From the IMG/VR virus record IMGVR_UViG_3300033145_002040: a stretch of DNA of 64,000 nt, one strand, 5' to 3'. Each line of letters opens with the position of its first letter. Within the stretch, counting starts at the first letter, position 1. The stretch is from an uncultured virus (IMG/VR IMGVR_UViG_3300033145_002040). Taxonomy: Duplodnaviria > Heunggongvirae > Uroviricota > Caudoviricetes. A program made the position numbers and the translations under genes. The notes under the pieces were generated by a model, which was not told where the DNA came from, made no database searches, and was given only the letters and a program-made list of their open reading frames with translations. Below, in pieces: positions 56,864-64,000 of this stretch.

Positions 56864-57180
56864 TTTTCATTGCAACTTGTTCTCCATTTAGTAATTTCCC
56901 AAAAACCCGAAATAGTACAATATTTTGCTATTATTTCTTTATCAGTTAAATCTAACTCCGTTCTATTGATAACCTCAAGTGTAATATAATCTACATCTTC
57001 ACATGTATTTCCAAACATGTTTTCATTATAGAACCAATTCTCTCCATACTCAGAAGCACAAACTTTATCCATATTAGGAAATGGAGTAATAAAAGCACTT
57101 CGAATAGCTATCAAAAAAAACAATATACCAATAATAATAAGAATTATGTTAATAAGTTTTTCTTGTTGTTGTCCATTCAT
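56860..57180 (-). CDS. Membrane-anchored Cys-containing protein
   Basis: N-terminal TM. Confidence 0.65.
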   Translation of the reverse strand: MNGQQQEKLINIILIIIGILFFLIAIRSAFITPFPNMDKVCASEYGENWFYNENMFGNTCEDVDYITLEVINRTELDLTDKEIIAKYCTISGFWEITKWRTSCNEN

Positions 57181-57647
57181 TTTGATTTCTCCTCAGTAAG
57201 ACGAGCAATCTCTTGTTTACTTTTATTAGTATCTCTTTCGAATGTGCTTATATCTCTGATTAAAATACTATCTTTTAATTTAGATTCTTTAGCCATTTTG
57301 TTTCTAATAATAAGCCATCTATCCAAAAACTTTAATTCTTCTTCTTTATTCATTTTAATTTCTCCAATATTATATATCTCTGCAATCTATCAGAAAATTC
57401 TAATAGTTTTATTCCTCTAGTTAACTCTTCTTTAGTCATTAACTTTTTATCATATGGTTCCATAAATACTTCACAAGCATAGTCATCTAAAACGATTCTT
57501 CCCATTGCTGTCAACCATAGACCACCTCCCATATTTTCATTTATTATTTTTTCTTTTTCCATCTTTTGTTTCTCTCTTACTATATAGCAAAGTAAACGAC
57601 ATAGATAAGTATATATTGATATTTTATTATACCTAAAAGAGTAGAAA

Positions 57648-57965
57648 TTACTGTCCCGCCAATAAGACAAAGCCATTTTCTTTTAAATATTTTCTAACTC
57701 TTTTGAAATATACAACTGAATTATCAAAATTTCTATAAATTATTCTGACTTGTTTTGGGCTAATACTTATTATTTCATAATCTAGGAGATGTCCACATAA
57801 CGGACATCTTTGTTCTTCCAGTTCTGCGTACTCTCTACTATTTGTATTATTAATAAATACACGTCCAGATATTCTACTTGGGAATCTACATTTTGGGCAT
57901 ATGTCTTTATTCACCATCAGCCACCTCTGCGGTTTCTTTCTGTTTTGCGAAGTTATATTTTTCAT
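57648..57965 (-). CDS. Zinc-ribbon protein
   Basis: CPKC...CPLCG. Confidence 0.6.
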   Translation of the reverse strand: MKNITSQNRKKPQRWLMVNKDICPKCRFPSRISGRVFINNTNSREYAELEEQRCPLCGHLLDYEIISISPKQVRIIYRNFDNSVVYFKRVRKYLKENGFVLLAGQ

Positions 57966-58043
57966 GTATTGTCACAATATTATAAAAACAATATAAAAAG
58001 ATACTAAGCACAAATATTAAAAACACTGTAGATAAGCGTTCTA

Positions 58044-58346
58044 TCATTTTTCACCTTCCACCACATTTTCTTCTGATTTTGTGTCGTTTAATGATTCTAG
58101 ATAATCATTTTGTTTATGGATATATTGATGCATCTTTCTAATTTCTCCATCAATTTTATCATTTATAATTAAGTCTAATAATTTGAATACTTCTCGGTGT
58201 TTTAATTTCGCATTTCTAATTATTTCCTTTGTTTCGTTAGTTGGTTTTATTACTTTATTATATAAAATTCTATTTCTCAAAACAAGATACTGGATTATTT
58301 GTCTTTTATCAACTTTAGTTCTTATGTTTTGTAGATTACTTTTCAT
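58044..58346 (-). CDS. Hypothetical protein
   Basis: GAGGTG SD. Confidence 0.6.
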   Translation of the reverse strand: MKSNLQNIRTKVDKRQIIQYLVLRNRILYNKVIKPTNETKEIIRNAKLKHREVFKLLDLIINDKIDGEIRKMHQYIHKQNDYLESLNDTKSEENVVEGEK

Positions 58347-58666
58347 ATTTTCACCTCAGCAGTTTCTTCTGATAAAACGAAGTTACTTAATATCTCTGTA
58401 TTCAAATTATTTTCAGATATTACTGTTTTTATTTTTTCCCACTCATAAACATTATTAAATTTAAATCTAACTACTATCTCTCTTTTAGTGTGGTATTTAG
58501 ACATCGTCTACCTCACAAAATGCGTCGTTTAATTTAAAAAATCTTGTTTTCCCAGCACATTTTCCTTTTTCCCAGAATGTAATCTCTGCTAATTCATTTT
58601 CTGGGTCGTTTTCTATATCATTGTATTCATCAAAATCTATTTCAACATATTCTTTATTATCTAATT

Positions 58667-58921
58667 TCATTTCTTTCTACTCCCAAATTTATCTTCTCCG
58701 AAATGTTCTTCTGTCTTTTCTGCGTGTGATTTTTCTTTTATTGGATTGAGTAATAATGTAGTTTCTTTCGTTCTTTCTTTCCCATACTTAAGGCTTAGGC
58801 AATCGTAAACTTCATTTAATGGACAATATTCATTTGTGCAAGTTTTATTACTGCATTTAATTCCGGAAAAATTCATACATCGTCTTGCAATTTTTATGTT
58901 ATCTTTTATTGATTTATCCAT
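58667..58921 (-). CDS. Cys-rich hypothetical protein
   Basis: CSNKTCTNEYCPLN. Confidence 0.55.
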   Translation of the reverse strand: MDKSIKDNIKIARRCMNFSGIKCSNKTCTNEYCPLNEVYDCLSLKYGKERTKETTLLLNPIKEKSHAEKTEEHFGEDKFGSRKK

Positions 58922-59302
58922 ATTGTTCCTCTGCAGTTTTTACATCTTTGTTTTCCCATACTAATCAGATTGCGAATTAATAAGAAAATTTATTTGTTGC
59001 TTGGTTATTGTATTTGCACAACATTCACATATTGGAACCCTTTTAAACTTTATATTAAAATATCCTGCTTCGATTAACTCACCATTATAATCTTCAATAT
59101 CATTTCCACAGACTTTGCATTTCATTGCGTCTCCTTTTTGGTTTCGGAATCCTTACAATAACACTCCCAACATTTAGTTTTATCTCCGTTTAGTCCAACT
59201 GAATCAATCCAGTCTAAATAAGCTGTCATAGATAAAAAATTATCATTTAAAATAATTGCTCCGTTTGTTTTATGTCCGCATTTATATTTTACCATATTCG
59301 CC

Positions 59303-59737
59303 TTAACTATCCTTCAAGTCCTCAATCTTCCAAGTGTCTGAACATTCCTCTTGAGGATTTATTATATTTATTTGAAATTTAGTTCCATATCCAGATATTT
59401 CATATTTATTTTTATTATCTTTTACTTCTATTTCTAAATCATCTGCTAGAGTTCTAAGTTGGTCTATTGTTACTATCATTCCTTGTCTTTTTACTTGTTG
59501 GGATGTTTGTTTAAATTTGTACCCCTCTTTAGCTATTTCAAATAAATCTTTTTCATTTGAACTCCAATCCTGCTCATTATAAAATGCAAAAACACATCTG
59601 CCGAATGCTTCCCAAAGTTCTAATCTCTTTCTAACCCAATTAATATCATCTCTTCGTCCATCCCATGTAGTATGAGCTAGTCCGTTGTTAAGACCTTCTA
59701 CTATTGCATTATACCATTCTTGTATTTTTGTTCCCAT
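59303..59737 (-). CDS. Hypothetical fusion protein
   Basis: C-terminal half paralogous to 47957..48172. Confidence 0.65.
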   Translation of the reverse strand: MGTKIQEWYNAIVEGLNNGLAHTTWDGRRDDINWVRKRLELWEAFGRCVFAFYNEQDWSSNEKDLFEIAKEGYKFKQTSQQVKRQGMIVTIDQLRTLADDLEIEVKDNKNKYEISGYGTKFQINIINPQEECSDTWKIEDLKDS

Positions 59738-59755
59738 TGTTTTTCTAGCTCCTTT

Positions 59756-60133
59756 TTAATCTGCATGTAACATAACATTGTCTGGAATATCATTTATTCT
59801 ATATTTTAACTCTTCCCTTAGTATTCTTTCTATTTCTGTATCTTTAATATGGACTTGCGTTTTAAGTATATTTTTAATATGTTGTGTTTCTAAATCTTTT
59901 ATTAAAATCAATTTACAGGTTAAATCTTTTTTATTAAGTTGCCCCCATGATTCAATTTCCCTAATGATTTTATGTGGCAAATCATAGCTAGACATCTCTG
60001 CGTTCCATGTACTCATTCCATCTTCTACTATGCCTAAATTTATTAATAATTGTCCAAATCTTAAATCATAGTTAGCTTCCCATTCCTTAGTAAGCCAATC
60101 CATAAATGGCTTGATTCTTTTTTTGTTTCTCAT
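59756..60133 (-). CDS. DUF1040/YihD-like viral protein
   Basis: MRNKKRI...W...DLRFGQLL. Confidence 0.65.
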   Translation of the reverse strand: MRNKKRIKPFMDWLTKEWEANYDLRFGQLLINLGIVEDGMSTWNAEMSSYDLPHKIIREIESWGQLNKKDLTCKLILIKDLETQHIKNILKTQVHIKDTEIERILREELKYRINDIPDNVMLHAD

Positions 60134-60427
60134 CTTTTTGTTTTGTTATTCATCTTCTCCTTTTTCTTTGTCTGATATTATAATGTCAGCAGGGGAAGAG
60201 AATGGCAGGTGAGACGATGAATCCACCACTTTTGTTATAACGCCGTCCCTTTTTGTTTGGGCATCTTCCTTTTTCCCTTGCACATCATCATGAGGTTTCC
60301 CTCCTTTAGGTAGCTGACTATGATTTGATTGTTTTTCTTCCATTTTTTTTGTTATTACTATCTTACTTTTCCCCATTGTTTCCTTCTGTTGACATATTAT
60401 CTCCGTTAGTATAAAATCACTTGTGAT

Positions 60428-60615
60428 TATAAAATGTGGGCTTACGTGTTTCTTTGCTGTTAGCTTAGCAATTTAATGCTGTCCCTTTTCACCCACATTA
60501 CCAGTCTTTCAACCAGTTCCGAATTATCGGTGTCAGCCCTTGCCGGACGTCCTACTGTCAAGTGGGACAATGCAAACGGTGGGAAAATTGCACCCACGAT
60601 TAATCTGTTTTCATT
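60428..60615 (-). ncRNA. Unrecognised structured RNA, copy B, downstream of its own class A promoter
   Basis: Covarying stems relative to copy A; ends in AATGTGGG...CCCACATT followed by a short U-run. Confidence 0.72.
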
Positions 60616-60661
60616 CACAACCTTTTCCCCAATTTTATTCTCTATTGGTAATATTATAGGA

Positions 60662-60695
60662 TTTATAAACCTTTCGGTACTACTTAATAGTAGTT
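60662..60695 (-). promoter_or_regulatory. Class A promoter
   Basis: TTTATAAACCTTTCGG-TACTACT-TAAT-AGTAGTT. Confidence 0.8.
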
Positions 60696-60801
60696 CTTAT
60701 AATCATCATTCTATGCACTCTTGTACTACTTCTCTATATAAAAACCATTGCTATTAGTTCTTATAATATCAAAAAAATAAAAATAAAAATTGATTTTTAA
60801 T

Positions 60802-61212
60802 TTACTTCTGGGTCTTTTTCTTATCCATACCAATCTTCTTTAAGATTGTCTTCTTCTCCACTTTAAAGATAGGTGTTAATTTATAACCAATTATATCCCC
60901 AGCCCAGTCATCATCCAGAGCAACGCACCTAGCTTCTTTGGACATTTCATCCTCTTTTACAAACAAATCTGACGTATTCTTACAACCTGTTCCATAAACC
61001 ATATATCTAACTAAATCTTCTTTAATAACTTTCCCGTTTCTTGAAACTAACTTGAAATCAGATGCATCATAGAAATCTTCTTCTCCTTTATCATCCACTA
61101 TTTCTGGGTCATTTTCGTAATCGATATCTATAACTTTATATTTTTTCTCTTTAACCAAATAGTCAAATGAAATGATAGGCGATATTTCGTCTCCAATTTT
61201 AAATTTTTCCAT
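60802..61212 (-). CDS. Hypothetical protein with N-terminal SH3-like motif
   Basis: FKIGDEI. Confidence 0.65.
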   Translation of the reverse strand: MEKFKIGDEISPIISFDYLVKEKKYKVIDIDYENDPEIVDDKGEEDFYDASDFKLVSRNGKVIKEDLVRYMVYGTGCKNTSDLFVKEDEMSKEARCVALDDDWAGDIIGYKLTPIFKVEKKTILKKIGMDKKKTQK

Positions 61213-61643
61213 TATTTTTCAACCTCCTTATAACACTTACTAATATTATCATACTGCCTCAATGGACAATCGTCCTCTAAATGATTTCTAACAAGCTCTA
61301 CAACTTTATCTCTTCTACTATTACTCCAATTTAAATGTTTAGCTAATCTCAAAACCATATCTACCCCAAGTTTTTCATGCCTTATATAATTAGAATACCC
61401 CTTAGGGTTTTCACTCCTGACGAACGGCTTAGCTATATCATGTAACAATGCCGACCATCTTAAATCTAAATCTTTCGGGGTTGCTTCAACAACTTTTTTC
61501 GTATGAGTATCTAATGTGAATGAATGATATTGACTATTTTGATTATAATTAAGTTGTAGTCCTAGTTCTGGTATCATAAACCTAAATAATCCAGTTTCCC
61601 ATAATAAATCTAATCCATAGCTAACCTTATCAGATAGCATCAT
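61212..61643 (-). CDS. Stand-alone HD-domain protein resembling the C-terminal part of CCA-adding enzymes
   Basis: GLFRFMIPEL, QNSQYH...DTHT, LRWSALLHDIAKP, HEKLG, LVRNH. Confidence 0.8.
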   Translation of the reverse strand: MMLSDKVSYGLDLLWETGLFRFMIPELGLQLNYNQNSQYHSFTLDTHTKKVVEATPKDLDLRWSALLHDIAKPFVRSENPKGYSNYIRHEKLGVDMVLRLAKHLNWSNSRRDKVVELVRNHLEDDCPLRQYDNISKCYKEVEK

Positions 61644-61873
61644 TTTTAAATCTCACACCTAAACTTATTATAAAACTTATTTAACTCATTAGCCAACTGC
61701 TTTATTTCATCTTCATTTAACGGCTCTCTTATTTCAAATGTAGATGTAACTGAACTAACTGCTAATCTTAATTCTTCTTTATTTAATACCATTTTTATTC
61801 CTCTATATATATAAGCAAAGTAAACGACATAGATAAACTATGAAGCATAGGAAACAACGCTACGCTGATAAAT

Positions 61874-62347
61874 CTATACTAAAACATATGCCTTCATTTT
61901 AAACTTCTGTGTAACCTTTCTTATGCTCAACCGAGACATAGAATAAACACCACGAAGATTCTCTGGTTTCCTCCTATTCTTTTCCATCATAATTGAATAA
62001 GAGCCATAGTCTTGAGAAAAAAGAGGGCAATTCCTAAAAAAGGTTATCGTCTTAGTTATATACTCTTCTTTAATTTTTTCTTCATTTTTTAATTCATTGA
62101 TAATAGCTCGCAGAACTCTTCTTCTTGTTCTCGGATTAATATCATCACTAAAAAAAGACTTTAAAAAAGCACTATTCACATAGGAATAGTTTAATGTTTT
62201 TAAATAATTATATAAATTTGTTTTTGCAGATGACAACGCCATCTTACGATTATTCCCCCTTAGCCCTATAACCCTAGTTATCTTACTTTCAACTATATTT
62301 ATATTTACTATATTTTGTTTTTCCATCTTCATTATAATTAAATACAA
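61874..62347 (-). CDS. Basic hypothetical protein, possible winged helix
   Basis: RRVLRAIINELKNEEKI; TATA-like element at ~62352. Confidence 0.55.
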   Translation of the reverse strand: MYLIIMKMEKQNIVNINIVESKITRVIGLRGNNRKMALSSAKTNLYNYLKTLNYSYVNSAFLKSFFSDDINPRTRRRVLRAIINELKNEEKIKEEYITKTITFFRNCPLFSQDYGSYSIMMEKNRRKPENLRGVYSMSRLSIRKVTQKFKMKAYVLV

Positions 62348-62450
62348 TTAGTATTTAAATTTTTTGGTATCACTTTTGAATTACAAACAAATAACCCGAA
62401 AAAAAAGGGGTATAAAAATAAAAATTATTATTATAAGTATCTACTTATAT

Positions 62451-63053
62451 CTACTTCTTAACATCAAAAACCTTAATATCTTCAAGAACATCATTAAGAA
62501 CTCCTTGGTTTTCACCAATACTTTCCTCAACAGCGTCTTTCACATTAAACAATTCTGTTAAAAGTTCCTCAGCTTGTTCTCTCTGCATTTCCTTTCTCGC
62601 ATTTAGAACATTATCTTTAGCCTTTTTCAAAATAGCTTTGTCTAATTTCTTAATATCATTAATATCCATCTTGTTGTTTTTGAGTTTATTATTTACAATA
62701 TAAGGATTTGCTTCTCCGTCAAAATATATTGAGCTTGTCGTTTCATCTTCCCATTTAATCTGGATAGATGACTCTTCAACTTCCATGATAGTAGCAGATT
62801 CCCCATCATGCCTTTTACAATCACTATATGCTGTATATGATTTTAGCTTTACTTGTAATCCAACCTTAAAAGTGCTAGTAATACTTTCTACAAATTCTAA
62901 GCTATTTACCGAATGTCCTATCCCAAAATGTTCTAAAGAAAGATTTCCAAAATAACCCAACCTAGAAACGACATCTTCATCTCCAACCATCATCCCATTA
63001 TGTTCACCAGTTATCCTACGAACTTTGTCTCCTATATTAAATTTTTCACTCAT
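62451..63053 (-). CDS. Tandem SH3-like motifs plus coiled coil
   Basis: FNIGDKV, FKVGLQV; GGAGG SD. Confidence 0.65.
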   Translation of the reverse strand: MSEKFNIGDKVRRITGEHNGMMVGDEDVVSRLGYFGNLSLEHFGIGHSVNSLEFVESITSTFKVGLQVKLKSYTAYSDCKRHDGESATIMEVEESSIQIKWEDETTSSIYFDGEANPYIVNNKLKNNKMDINDIKKLDKAILKKAKDNVLNARKEMQREQAEELLTELFNVKDAVEESIGENQGVLNDVLEDIKVFDVKK

Positions 63054-63090
63054 TTTATTATACCTCCTTTCAATAATGTTAAAACATTAT

Positions 63091-63354
63091 TCATTCTTGA
63101 ATACTTATAGAATTATCTAATTCTAATTTCTCAAGAATAACTCTCTTTATATTTATATTTGATTCATATAAAATATCATCTATCTTATACACAAGTTCAG
63201 ATAAATCACAATAATCATCATTAGAACCATCTCTCCCTTTATTCTCATAATAACTACTTATCATAACCTTTATCTTCGCTAACGCTGTGTCACTATTATA
63301 TTTCTCCTTAATTCCTTTTTTCATTTTGTCGTCATCTGTCATTTTAAACTCCAA
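63091..63354 (-). CDS. Hypothetical protein
   Basis: Coupled ORF. Confidence 0.55.
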   Translation of the reverse strand: MEFKMTDDDKMKKGIKEKYNSDTALAKIKVMISSYYENKGRDGSNDDYCDLSELVYKIDDILYESNINIKRVILEKLELDNSISIQE

Positions 63355-63766
63355 TCTTATCTTTCCAACTAAGTTTATTAAGAACTATCTCCTTAAAAGT
63401 TTTAACCCTTAAATCATCACACATACATTTTCCATTACAGTCTTTGTTCCCATCATCATCTCTATAATAATGAAAACACTTTCCGCACTTATGTTTACTA
63501 ATTATATCCTTAGCTACACTATCATCAACTCTACTATTCTCATTAAATAATAGTTGAATATCTTTTTTTGGATTACCTTGCCCATCCCCAAAAATACCAC
63601 ATCCCCACAATTCAAAACAATCATCAAATCCACAAATCTGAATCGCACCTTCCCTATCGTGAGAAGTCCCAGACGGAGTAAAGATATTACCAATTATTTT
63701 TTCGTTTAAGCTATCTACTATGCTAACACTCCTACAATCTTTATCAATCCTAAATTCTATATTCAT
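63344..63766 (-). CDS. Cys-rich hypothetical protein
   Basis: QICGF...WGCG...KDIQL, CGKC. Confidence 0.65.
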   Translation of the reverse strand: MNIEFRIDKDCRSVSIVDSLNEKIIGNIFTPSGTSHDREGAIQICGFDDCFELWGCGIFGDGQGNPKKDIQLLFNENSRVDDSVAKDIISKHKCGKCFHYYRDDDGNKDCNGKCMCDDLRVKTFKEIVLNKLSWKDKIGV

Positions 63767-63981
63767 TTTCCTAAGCTCCTAAGCATCTCTTTTTTAATTA
63801 ACTTATTATAAAAATCATCTTGATGATTGATAAATTCTCTTATTTTTTTCTTAGATAATTTGGTTTTATTCTGAAGATATATTTCTAATATCTCATCATC
63901 AATTCCACAATTCCTTAACTTAATAAATTTATCTCTGACTTCGGTTAATCTTTTGTTTAGTGTTTCTATTTTATCTACCAT
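63763..63981 (-). CDS. Hypothetical protein
   Basis: ATGA overlap with next gene. Confidence 0.6.
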   Translation of the reverse strand: MVDKIETLNKRLTEVRDKFIKLRNCGIDDEILEIYLQNKTKLSKKKIREFINHQDDFYNKLIKKEMLRSLGK

Positions 63982-64000
63982 TTTATTTAAATGTTATTTT

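Noticed and set aside
325..62561. Many short opposite-strand ORFs in the track (e.g. 1967..2380, 3101..3658, 14865..15194, 18588..19019, 25429..25845, 31555..31992, 60476..60757)
   Set aside because: Antisense shadows of real genes or RNAs, with no motifs or SD
1..64000. Identification as a Borg
   Set aside because: Coding tandem repeats and glycosylation genes are shared traits, but no Methanoperedens-type metabolic genes, multiheme cytochromes or frequent intergenic tandem arrays are visible; not supportable from this window

Overview
AT-rich, gene-dense 64 kb segment of what looks like a large archaeal virus or extrachromosomal element. Evidence: BRE/TATA promoters, aRF1, AglB, pilin-type leaders, no ribosomal-protein or core housekeeping operons. 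A DPANN (Pacearchaeota/Woesearchaeota-like) host is inferred, not proven. 1-17.6 kb (+): putative virion module with a 57-bp tandem-repeat protein, several two-helix hairpin membrane proteins resembling spindle-shaped-virus capsid proteins, large sequon-rich LamG/Ig adhesins, small basic proteins and a 3-copy promoter. 17.6-64 kb (-): small membrane proteins; a ~19 kb N-glycosylation/glycan-tailoring cluster with its own oligosaccharyltransferase; a DNA-methyltransferase hotspot invaded by mobile elements; a tyrosine recombinase; an intein-containing aRF1; atypical tRNAs; an amidoligase/GATase/GGCT set; many small ORFs. Most notable features absent from the ORF track: (i) a GG-bounded 1739-bp element carrying an NlaIII/IceA1-like nuclease plus TnpB, whose exact removal restores a cytosine methyltransferase frame; (ii) an IS200/IS605-end-bounded element carrying only a DNA methyltransferase, inserted into an ATGA stop/start overlap, plus a 47-bp chimeric mini-copy; (iii) two copies of an unrecognised ~180-nt pseudoknotted ncRNA with compensatory changes; (iv) an 11-copy palindrome at a fixed distance from TATA boxes; (v) a capsid-like gene apparently split by an inserted adhesin gene. 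All family calls are motif recognition by eye, not database searches.
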